In this document: in pieces, positions 37,701 to 49,060 of the stretch
Layout of the letters: the number at the start of each line of letters is the position of its first letter
Numbering within the stretch: position 1 is the first letter of the stretch
Assembly: GCA_050084985.1 (NCBI GenBank)
Contig: JBITNC010000001.1
Location: 70,804,001 to 70,868,000, forward strand
Reading direction: 5' to 3'
DNA length: 64,000 bases
DNA from: Nageia nagi
Taxonomy: Eukaryota > Plantae > Pinophyta
Notes under the pieces: generated by a model
Database searches by the model: none
What the model was told of the DNA's origin: nothing
Seen by the model: only the letters and a program-made list of their open reading frames with translations
Position numbers and translations under genes: made by a program

Positions 37701-40700
37701 ATTAATGTTCCAAATCATATACATCCTCTCCCACCTCCAACACAGTGGGGTATTAAGAAAAAATTGAAAACCAATTTAGAGAAATATTTGAGGCTAACTC
37801 CTATTAAGTTCTCCTTTTGGGATTTGATCAAAAATTCACATCAACATAGAGAAGATTTAGATTAGATCATATTTTAAAGATCATTGAGTTAGATGCCTCA
37901 AATTTGAATGCCTTTAAAAACTTCATTGGGAGCATGCAAGCTACTGTTGAGCCATTCATACCATTCTACCAACATGAGATTGGAAATGTTGCAAATATTA
38001 AGTATAAAGATCATCTATTGCATATAATTGATTAGGCTAATGAAAAATATTTAAAGAGGGTTTTGGTAGATGGTGGATCAACCATAAATGTTGTTTCTTC
38101 AATGACATTGAGCAAGATTAATATACCTTTTTCACATCTATAAGAAACTACACTCATCTTATGGTCCTTTAATAACCAATTGTGCAACACCTTGGATAGC
38201 ATTATGTTACCTACAGTGGTGGGTTTGAAGATAAATCATTCAGTGTTTTCAAGTTATTTAGGGGGAATAATAGTAGAAATTCTTGCTTGGTCAACCATGG
38301 ATTATTGGAATGTCTCCTTTCAACATTACATGGATGTATTAAATATATAGAGGATGGAGTGGTGCATTGTATATGGATGGATGAGGAACCCTTTAGCCAT
38401 TGTAACCTTACTGAGTTGTCTCATGGTTCTATTCTCCCTTCTACTCATATATTCCTAAAACTCATCCACATCAACCTAGATCCATTGTCTCTTGGGGCCA
38501 ATATTAATGATGAACCTAAAATATCAAAGTTATCTCATGATGTTCAAGAAATACAAAAGGAACCAATTGTGAAAGAAGTTTCAAGTAAAAGTGAAAAAAT
38601 CTCCATAGATGTGTAAGAACATAATTATCAAATGATCATCTATGAGAAGCCTAAAGAAGATAAGCTTATTGTGCCTTCCCCTATGCTTCAATAAGAAATC
38701 TCTTGGAAGTAATTATCATATAATTAGATAAAATTATTAATCAAATAAATCATTAAAAAGATGTCTTAAATAACTCCTCTATGAGTGAACCAAGTTCAAT
38801 TTCTAAAATAGTGGAGTTTAATAAAGAAAAATATGATATTGAAATTATAAACTAAAAAAAAAAGAAATACAAATCCACTGATAATCAAGAGCATATCTCA
38901 AGAGTGGATGTAAAATTAAAAAATTTGAGCACTGGGGAATATTTTGTTGATGATATTTTATTTAATTTACTTTCATTGCATGATGCAGGCTACCAATGAA
39001 TTCCCCTTAGCCATTGATACTTTAATACCTCTTGGTATATCCCATAACCAAACTTGTTTTGTGTATATAGACCCAAACTTACACGCTTACCAAATGTATA
39101 AGGTGTCCTCAAAATAAGCTTTTTCCTGTAAGATAGATTAACTTTCTAGACCATATTTAATTTTTCACTACTTTTCCAAGTATAAATGATGGGGATATGG
39201 CTTGGGTAGGTATGATCAAGGCACTATACATGTCATGCAACTACCTACTTAAGGTGATAAAGATAAACAAGGCTTTGGCTACAAAGGTCCTCAAACTATA
39301 ACAACCATAACCCAAATCCATGAGATTTAGGATGAGGGAGATTATGAGGAACCTTCCTCCCCTTATGAGGATTTTCTACTTGAAGCACCTCTTTGCCTAT
39401 GTCTCAATGCTCCATTCTCTCTTTTCTATTTGAATAAGTCAACCTAGTTAGAAGCTCCTCCATTTCACCTTTTGCTCACTCGCTTGATTTTGACATTTTT
39501 CATGTGGTGGATCAATATAATGATGACTTTGCTATGCTTTCTATTATTGATCTAGCCACCCATGATATTTTTATTATTCCATGTGATCATGTTGACCCCT
39601 TTGAGAAAGAACTAGGTAAGGATACCTATTGGCCATTTTTTAACCATCAATGGAATGACAAATCTAATATGCTAGTAGAGAAGGGCACTAAAATTGATTT
39701 AGGATATGATCTTAATCATCCTAAAATGGTGTAGTTTGGTTAGAATCTCAATGAAGAAGAAATAAAAGTTCATGGACTATGTAGATCAAGAAAATAATAA
39801 AGATCATGGCTTATACCTATCAAGATATGCCAAGCTTAAAATCTAGTGGTGCACCATTTGAATTTGAGGGAGGATGCAAAACTAATAAATTAGAAATCAT
39901 GCAAAATGCATCCTACAAATGCTTTGTTAGTGAAAGTTGAGCTTCAAAAAATGCTATATGCCAAATTTATAGAAGCCATTGCCTATCTAGAATGAGTTTC
40001 TAATCCTCTCATAGTGGTAAGACTAGATGGGAGAATCAAAATTTGTACAAATTTTAGATATGCCAATGAAACATACCCTAAGGATCATTTTTCACTTCCA
40101 AAACTACATACCTTAGTGGATAATAGTGTTGGTCATGAAATATTTTCATTAATGTATAAATGTTTTGGTTACAATCAAATCATGACCACAAAAGAAGATA
40201 AGCATAAAATGACATTTACAACACCATGGGGGACCTATTGCTATAGGGTTATATTGTTTGGACTTAAGAATGTAGGCACTACATATCAAAGGGATATAAT
40301 ATATATCTTACATGACTATAAACATGATATAGTCAAAGATTATGTGGATGATCTCTTTTTTAAATAAAAAACACATGAATCTCACCTAGAGGCATTATGC
40401 AAAATCTTAGACTAATTTCTAGAGTATAATGTTAGATTGAATCCAAAAAAGTGTGTCTTTGGGGTCCTATCAAGTAAACTATTGGGCTTTATTGTATCCA
40501 AATAAGGCATTGAAGTAGATATGAATAAGGTCAAATCCATCAATGAAATGCCTCCTCCTTAGAATCTAAACTAGTTACAGAGCTTATAAGGAAAGATTCA
40601 AGAAATCAAGAGATTCATAGCATAATTATCTGATAAATATCATCCATTCAATAAATTGCTAAAAATGAATGCCAAATTTATATGGGATCTAGAGTGTTAG

Positions 40701-42930
40701 GAGGCTTTTGATGCTATTAATGAGTAACTCACACATCCTTTGATATTGATTCCTCCTAGTGTGGGAGTGCGATTTAACCTCTACATTTTGGCTACTAATT
40801 TTGCTTTGGGCCCCCAATAAAATAAAACAAAGAAAGAGCAAGGAATATACTACTTGATTCATACTCTAGCAATTTATGAGACCACATATGCCCACCTAGA
40901 GAAATTATTCTTAGTGGTTGTCTTTGTGGCATAGAAGCTTAGGCATTATATTCCTAATCAGAAAACTTATATCATATCTAAGATGGATCCTCTAAAGTAT
41001 ATGATGAACAAAATAGTCCTTAATGCTAGAGTTACTAAACGGATCATGTTTCTGACTAAGTTTGACCTATAATTCATTAATTATAAATCTATTAAAGGTC
41101 AAGTTATTACAAATCAGTTGGTAAAATATCCATGGAAAAATGACATCCCCTTGAATATCGAGTTGCCACATGGTGAATTGTTTGGAATTTTTGAGATTGA
41201 AGAGGAGGTTGAGTAAGAATATTATGACATGACCTTGTACTTTAATGATTCATGTTGTGAACAAGGGGAGGAGCTGAGATAGGTTTCATAATTCCTCAAC
41301 GTATCCCTATTCCTATCTCATTCAAATTATCCTTTAAGTGCACACATAATAATCCAAAATATAAGGCACTATTTCTTAGGCTAAAGTTGGCAATTGAAAT
41401 GAAGTATGAGTGATTAAAGATTTATGGTGATTATTTATTAATTATTAACTAAATTAAAAGAATATATGTATTCAATCATCCTCATCTTAAGAAATATAAG
41501 TCCATGGTCAAAATATTATTAGATTATTTCAAGGCATATGAAATTGAGGCTACTCCTAGATCCTTTAACCAATTTGCAGATATAATGGCCTCCTTGGGAT
41601 CTCTAATCCCACAACATCCATTTTGGAAAGTAACACATGTAGAGATAATCACCTGATACAAGTCTTCTCTAGATTTTCCCATGCATCAATATGAATCCTA
41701 ACTAGAAATACATGTCAATGAGCTAAATGTAGCATCCAAATATGTATGGTACCATCAATACAAAGACTATCTTAAATGGGTTACCTTGCCAACCACCATG
41801 TCTATAGGGGAAAAGTGATAGTTTAAGAAGAAATCCATAAAATACATAATCCTAGGAGATGTCATGTATGGAATATATGGGGGGCACTTTAGTGGTTTCA
41901 CCATTACTAAATACTTGATTAGTATGGGTTACTATTGGTTAACTATGGAGAGAGATTATTACAACTATATCAAAATGTGTGTAAATTATTAGCAACATGC
42001 AAATTATATGCATATATCTCTCAAGCATTACAATCCTTTTAAGGTATATGGTTGTTCTTAAGATGAGGCTTTGAATTAATTGCCTAATTCAATTTGCCTT
42101 CATTAAGAGGACATAATTTCATAATTATACCCATTGAATATTTTTCAAAATGGGTATAGGAAACACCCATGAAATCTACTAAAGGTCCTATGGTTTTTGA
42201 GTTCATAGAGTATAATATTATTAGTAGGTTTGACATACCTATAAGGATTGTTTTAGATAATGGTCCTAACTTCAAAAATAAGGACATGCAATGCTTCTAT
42301 TATAGATATAAGATCAAATAAAACTTTTATATGCCCTACTATTTGTAGGGTAATAGGCAAGTGGAAGCAACAAACAAGATAATAGTTACCATCCTCTAAA
42401 ACATTATCAGCATATCTCATAGGGATTGGCATACTTAGATACCTCTTGCACTATGGGAATATATAACTAGCATTAGAAATCCTATAAAAGCAACACAATT
42501 TTCATTAGTTTGTGGGGTCAAAGAAGTCATGCCTTTAGAACTTGAGATCCCATTTCTAGGGATTCAATTGAAAGATATACTACTAGAACTTAAGGTTAGG
42601 TAAGCACACATAGATCAATTAGTTTTACTAGATAAGAGGCATATCAATGCCTTAGAGCATATTAAAGTATATCAAAACCATATTAAAAAAGCTTATATCA
42701 AGGGATTAAAACCATGAGAGTTTCAAATTGGTGACATATTCCTAAAGGAAAATCAACATAATTATCACCAAGAGTTGGTTTTGAGAGATAAGTTGGTTCC
42801 CAACTAGTTAGGCCCTTATGTGATCAAGCACAAATTCAGATCAAGGTCATATCACTTGGCTACATTAGAAGGGGTCAAAGAGGCCAAACTGATTAACATC
42901 ATACATCTTCAACTGTTTAATGTGTAGGGT
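34745..42930 (+). pseudogene. Tat-clade gag-pol pseudogene (gag, protease, G-patch, RT, RNase H, archaeal RNase H, integrase)
   Basis: gag EDPKEHL..LLLRTFPMTLGGQA ~36540; protease RVLVDGGSTINV ~38055; G-patch GYGLGRYDQG...KQGFGY ~39190-39285; RT IKICTNFR, TFTTPWGTYCY, FGLKNVGTTYQR, YVDD; aRH MTLYFNDSC ~41229; integrase IVLDNGPNF, GNRQVEATNK, LGPYVI. Confidence 0.9.
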
Positions 42931-43999
42931 AAGGCATGGTCATTTTATTTTAAATTTTAATCTTAATTTTATTTCCTCTTGCATCTTTGATTCCTAAAAA
43001 GATAAAAAACTTAAAAAATAATTCCCTTAATCATCACACAACTCCATCATTATCTTATGTTTACCTTATCATTTGCCATCATTTTTTTGTAAAGCATCAA
43101 TCTTGTTTTCTTTCACTTTTTGTTTCATAAACACATCTAGAAAGAATCCCTATGCAAGCTATGTTAAGTAGCTTTGGGGGTATATTTTCAAACATAACTT
43201 ATTTTATTTCATCAAGTTAGATTTTAACATTCAAGAGTTGATACTCGGATGGTCTCTCACTTTTAGTGTTTCCTAACTTTTTGGAAATATGAGAATCACT
43301 AATCACTCATCTTCTAATATCACTTGAAGTATTTTTCATCATTCATTATGGTGTGTGTTAAATTTTATTGTATTTTCTTAATTCATTCGTAAGGTCTTGG
43401 AATCATTAGAAGACATATCCTTCCTATTCTAGTTGGGTCTAGAGCACATCTTACACATTCATATGGAAGTCAACTCCAAACTTGTTTTATTTGATTATTG
43501 TGTCTACTCATTTTGTTTCATAATTGCAAATTATTCATTGTATCATCATATCTCATAGTGGGTTAGGACCATTTAATGATATTTTCTCATATTGTTTCAT
43601 AAAATATGAGGAACAAGTACCCTTTAGCACATTAAAATGGAAGCATTACCAAAAATTTTACATAGTATCATCATATCTTGATTCATTTTAAAACATAAAA
43701 GCAATACATTTAAAGTAAAATTTAAAATGCACAATGCAAAAACATCTTCAAAATACATCATAATAATCTACACATGTATCAAATTATAAACATCACTTTT
43801 CGTAAACATCTTGATAAACATAACACATAAGCATACAAGAACATTCATGAACACATCATGTAAAAAACTTACCACATGTATATATTATAGTCCATGGTAT
43901 TAAAAACTAATACATAAAACTCTAAGAGGATAGTATAAAAATTCACCTTGCGATGTGCATCATATATATGTCCTGTGTATCATAATATGCCTAGATCAT

Positions 44000-45760
44000 C
44001 TAAGCATCTATTATTGTACCATCTCAAAAATATGAGTCTCATATCTATCAGCATCCTCATATTTATCTAAAGGATGAAGGAGATCCCTCATGCTACCTAG
44101 TTGTAGATGGGGTGGTGCCCTAAGCCCTTGATAATGTGTGTGTATCTCTATCCTATGGATGGGAGGTGGCATACGAATAATTCACTACATGCAAACCATT
44201 GAACATACTATATGACCTATGTGATCTGCTAGGTGTGTATGAGCTCATTGGGATATGAGCCTATGTAGGTCTTCTATCCATCAGCTCAAGTTGGTGATTA
44301 GCTAAGTTAACTCCTACTCTCTCTATTAGAGCTCTTCTCTTGTTACTGACTCTCCTACATTCTTTGATGGAGCTCATGCTCTCATTAGTGATTCTCCTTC
44401 TCATGTTGGTAACTCTTTTGCTCTTTGTATTAGCTTGCATCAAGATATTGCTCTAACTATTCAATACTTTATGCATCTACTCCACTTATTGGACTTAAAA
44501 AGGCTGTTAGGGGATCTCTCTCACTTCATTGGAGGGACTTGCATCTCTATCTAACCCATTGATAGAGGGGCTCTCCCTCATCATCATCCTACTCATAGAC
44601 CTCCTCTTGATGTGATCACCATGCATTGTAGGTCACCATCATGCCTACATCATCTTGCAATACTATGAGCTTAACCTTATCATTGATTTTAGCATCATCA
44701 TATGTATCCTAGTAATGAGGTAGGGATATCCCATCTCTACCATTGATCATGCTATATACTTATGGATCAAGAGGTACATCCTAAACCTACACAAAATATT
44801 GATTCATATTGTGGAACTCAAAATACTCAACCTCAACTCAATAGTTCCTCATCCATCTCACTCTCCTGATGCATGTAGGATTACCCTATCATTGTCTCAT
44901 GATGGACCATTCTTGTAGGGTCTCTATATCATCTCACCATATCTCAACCATTTGAATATCTCTTTGTAATGTGATACATGACCTCCATAAATATGACCTC
45001 CCCTTGGCTCATGCTGGTATCCCAACATATTATATAAGTTATATCACTACTCATCTCCTCAAATACTAGTGCATCCTCAACATGAATATCAAAAGGAATG
45101 CCTATGGGTCATGCTACTATGCTATATTCCCATCCCCATACCTATAGTAATGAGAATAATATATCCCTATATGAGTCCCATCTACCATCTCCCATAACTC
45201 ATGATATAATTGAGCTAGAAAATCTAAATCCCACAAGAATATTATGGTATTCTTACTCATCTTGTATTGAACCTAGTATAGCTTCTAAGGAAATTCACAC
45301 TTGAAAGCATATGGAAAAATTAACCCTAAAATTAGTATCATTATGAAGCAATTCATGATATCAATGAGCCCATCCTTGTATGCATGCTCATAACTAAATC
45401 CACCCAACCCCCATCTCAACTAGTGATAGTGTTAATCCATTATTAGAATCATAGCCACTTCCTATCCAACCTCATTTGCTAGTCTAATGATTAGGACATC
45501 CTCGATCGAAATCCACATGATCCTCCAAACATCCTCAAGAGTCATCATACACTTGCCAATTGAAAAATGAAAAGTGTTGGTGATTGTATCCTACATCTCA
45601 CATAAAGCTGTAACATAACGTGAGCTAGCTACCACCTTATGTATTATACTAGTATAGCCCAAGCCTACATTGTGAAGCCATATCCACCATGTTGCCCACA
45701 TGTCTTGCTAGAGCTCAACTCGTAGATCACAAAAGAGATGTAACATGAAAAATGTATTAT
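44000..45760 (-). pseudogene. Antisense extra ORF remnant with plant mobile domain (PMD, aminotransferase-like) in the 3' region of the Tat element
   Basis: Minus strand ~45620-45500 reads YVTALCEM*DTITNTFHFSIGKCMMTLEDVWRIM, matching the PMD core ALVERW..ET.TFHLP.GE.TITLEDV. Downstream WG and CFQV* (cf. LQVW) motifs at ~45415 and ~45305. Coiled-coil-like stretch 44443-44261. Confidence 0.72.
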
Positions 45761-46707
45761 CAAGCTATTTCAAAAAATAATATGTATCAATAATGTGTTT
45801 TTATATTCAATTTGTTTTACATATATATATAAACTTTGATTCAAGCTTGCAAAAGTTGTGATGTGCTCTTTGTTGTGCCTTCATCTTATTATTATGTTCA
45901 CCTTGAGTGTGATGTCATGATGTGAATTTCCCATTGTGTTCTCTCTAATTAGTTTATCTCTTATAGTTATATTCACTTTATATAAACCATGCAACCTAAC
46001 TCATAAAATGGTTCATGATTTGCTTGTAGTATGATATGTCATAGTTTATACTAGGTAACATGCATCTAGCATGATGATACTAAAAACATGTTAATTGCAA
46101 TGAATTAAAAAAAAGTTAATAATGTGCAAAAATATTCTAAAAACTACGTTACAGGTTTAAGCAACATGGCAAACTTTTACAATTTCACAATTTGGAAATA
46201 ATGTATTTTTACCTAGCATGCTTGTCATTTCTTGTATTGGGAAAACCATGTTTTATGCTTGGTAAACACAATTACACATAATTATGCAACTATTTTTAAT
46301 GATTGGGGAGAATACAATAGTTCTTTGGTAGCTCAAAATGTTACTTTAGCACAAAAAATGGCATTATTTTAAGAAAATATTATAAGCTTATGATTTTGAC
46401 TCTATATCCTAACTGCATGCAAAATCATGCATTATGACCACAATTTACAATTTCAAAGTACCACAATATTTTACAAAGCATTCATAGCAAAATTGCAATA
46501 TTTTTGAAGTGTAATAGTTAGCTCAAATTTTTGGATAAGTTTGAGCAAATCCTTTTTAAATTAGATAAGTTCACATAAGAATGGGATCAAATCTTATTTG
46601 TACAAGGTTTAATCTAGTTAAAACATGACTAATTAATTAGGCTTCGAAGGCAAATCAAAGGTTAAAAAATGCAAAAATAAATCAGTCCAAGATCCAAAAT
46701 TAAGCTA

Positions 46708-46915
46708 TAGGTGAGGCATAGTGTGTTGGCCCTAGGCATAGTGTGCTTAGGTGTGTTTTGCCTAGGCATATTACACCTAGCATGAGGCACAATATGCCTA
46801 GTTGCTAGGCATACTATGCCTAGTTGCTAGGCATACTATGCCTAGTTGCTAGGCATACTATGCCTAGCATGAGGTGTAATACGCCTAGTTGGTAGGCATA
46901 GTGGGCATTATGGCA
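46708..46915. repeat. Palindromic 22-bp minisatellite (GTTGCTAGGCATACTATGCCTA) in the Tat 3' region
   Basis: Three exact copies at 46801-46866 plus degenerate flanking copies; core CTAGGCATA-C-TATGCCTAG is a perfect inverted repeat. Confidence 0.85.
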
Positions 46916-47956
46916 TGACCCAAAAAGTCCATTTTGAGCATAGAACCTCATGTTTTATCTATTTTTGATAATTTTTAAGCCATGGAAACCTAAGTGGGGC
47001 AAAAAATATGGTGGGTATCTATCGATTGTTAGATCTAGCACTCTATTTGACCACAACTAGCAAAAAACTAAAGGAAAAACCCTCTTTTTTATTTTTTTGG
47101 AAGCTTTATTTTTGAAATTGTTGAAAATTAGGAAAAATATAGATATAGGAGTGCTTTTTTAATGTTATAAGCATAAAATAACTAAATCTATACTACTGAT
47201 TAGAGCATATTGAATAGAATGAATAAATTTTAAAATTTTCACTAAATTTGGTCGAAATAAATATAAAACCCTTCAAAATTGCAAAATATTTACAATAGAG
47301 ATTTGGAAAGCCTACTAGGAGTCCAAGCTATGCTTGTCTAATGCTAGTGGGAGCTTGAGGTACCTCATTCACTACCATGGTCAATTGGTCTCTCTTCTTC
47401 TTCATAATTCACACTTATCCAATGGTCAAAATGAGTCAAAAATGGTAACTTTTCACTCATTTAATTTATTTTGATAAATTAATGTTAAAATTGCTAGATT
47501 TGATTAAATTTTTGTTCAAATCATTTCCAAAATCCTTATTTGCTTCCTAAAGCTCCTTTATTTTATTCAAAATACTAAATTTGGGCATGTAATAGTCACA
47601 AAAAAGAAAATTCACACTACACACACAACTTCACCTTTTTCGAACAATCTTGTATTATTTGTATCAATCAATACAATATTGTTTGAGAGGGGTAACATCT
47701 TATTCCCAAAAAAAATTCAATCCAAAATTTCTTAGGTTTTTCAAAAGTTTTTTTTTTATTTTTCAAAATTTCTCATTTTTTCAAAATTTCTCATTTTTTT
47801 TCAAAATTTCTAATTTTTTCAAAATTTTCAAAGTTCAAAATGTAGGATTTTAAAATTTCAAATGCAAAAAAGCTTTGATTTTTCAAAATACGAAAGCTCA
47901 AATTTCAAAAATTTTAGCAAGATTATGTGCTCGCTAGTAAGTCTATATGCTTACCA

Positions 47957-48380
47957 ATTCATGAATGATTTGCATAGATTTGACGTAAACAATTATCAAG
48001 CACTATATAAGTGGTTCAAAGTTTTACTTCATGAATGCTTTGCATAAGTTGTACATTAACAATCATCAAATACTATATAAGTGGTTCAAAGTTTTACTTC
48101 ATGAATGCTTTGCATAAGTTTTATGTGACAATCATCAAATACTATACAAGTGGTTCAAAGTCTCAATCTCATGAATGCTTTGCATAGGTTTGACGTAAGC
48201 AATCATCAAATACTATATAAGTGGTTCAAAGTTCCATGCCACAAATAAATGTATGTAGGTTTGGTAGGTGTCAAATACTATATAAGTTTGTTCAAATTTT
48301 TACTTTTTTGAAACATGTCATGAACAACTTTGCATAGATTTGGTGGGCATCAAGTACTATTTAAGTTGGTTCAAATTTTA
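47957..48380. repeat. 70-bp tandem array (about 6 units) upstream of the PPT
   Basis: ATGAATG(A/C)TTTGCATA...TACTATATAAGTGGTTCAAAG at 47961, 48031, 48101, 48171, plus two degenerate copies. Confidence 0.85.
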
Positions 48381-48596
48381 TACCCTTTTTTTAAATGATT
48401 CCAAAATGGTCACAAAAACATTATTTAGGGTTCAAATTGTCGAAAAAAACATTTAAATTTCAATGCATATTTGTTCAAAGCTTCAAAATTTTATATTATT
48501 CTAAATGTTCAAAATGATTACATAATAAACTCATATTTATCTACATATGTTTAAACAAGTCTTTTTTGCAAAAGACTTCTTCCAATAGGGGCACAA

Positions 48597-48750
48597 TGTT
48601 GACACTAAAAATAATACTTTTTGAATAAAATGAGTTAATTGCATTGATATACTTAATTCATAATGTTGTTTGATTTATAATATGTTAATAATCAAAAAGA
48701 AAATATTAATATTCTAAAGAGATAAATATTTCCTAAAAAGATAAAATATA
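48597..48750 (+). repeat. Truncated 3' LTR of the plus-strand Tat element
   Basis: Matches 21432-~21580, then switches abruptly to minus-strand gag-like sequence. Confidence 0.8.
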
Positions 48751-49060
48751 CACTATCACCTTGAGCTTTTCTATCCATTGGATTCAGCAATCCTTTCTTA
48801 ACAAGGTTTGGTAGAATGAACCTTGGAGTAATAGTAAATATATATGTATAGTTTCTCTATGTAGCAGATTTGGTTAGAGTAGGTTTTTCGACCATATTCA
48901 CATTCTTTTCTTCCTTTTTAACATAAGATTTTTGAATATCCTTATTGCATAAACTAGATGCATATTTTAGTGTTACAAACTCAATCAATTTCTTTTCTTT
49001 TGCTAGAACTCTTTTGGTCATTATTCCAAATCCCAATTCAATATAATAAAGTGCATATTT
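48751..49060 (-). pseudogene. gag C-terminal fragment of the outer minus-strand Tat element
   Basis: Coding-like minus-strand sequence (ILPNLVKKGLLNP) lying between two insertions, in the expected order relative to gag at 58500-58920 and pol at 21431. Confidence 0.5.

Larger units (their letters stand above)
21432..48750 (+). mobile_element. Large decayed Tat/Ogre-like Ty3/Gypsy element; 5' LTR split by two insertions, 3' LTR truncated
   Basis: LTR starts TGTAGACACCAAAAAATAACACTTTTTGAATAAAATGAG (21432) and TGTTGACACTAAAAATAATACTTTTTGAATAAAATGAG (48597) align for ~150 bp. The 5' LTR ends TTTTGGATGTACA at 32937. PBS 32943-32960; PPT-like ATAGGGGCACAA before 48597; gag-pol 34745-42930. Confidence 0.88.

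Noticed and set aside
46801-46866. Palindromic exact repeats resembling a CRISPR array
   Set aside because: Units are head-to-tail with no unique spacers, no cas genes are present, and the context is a eukaryotic retrotransposon.
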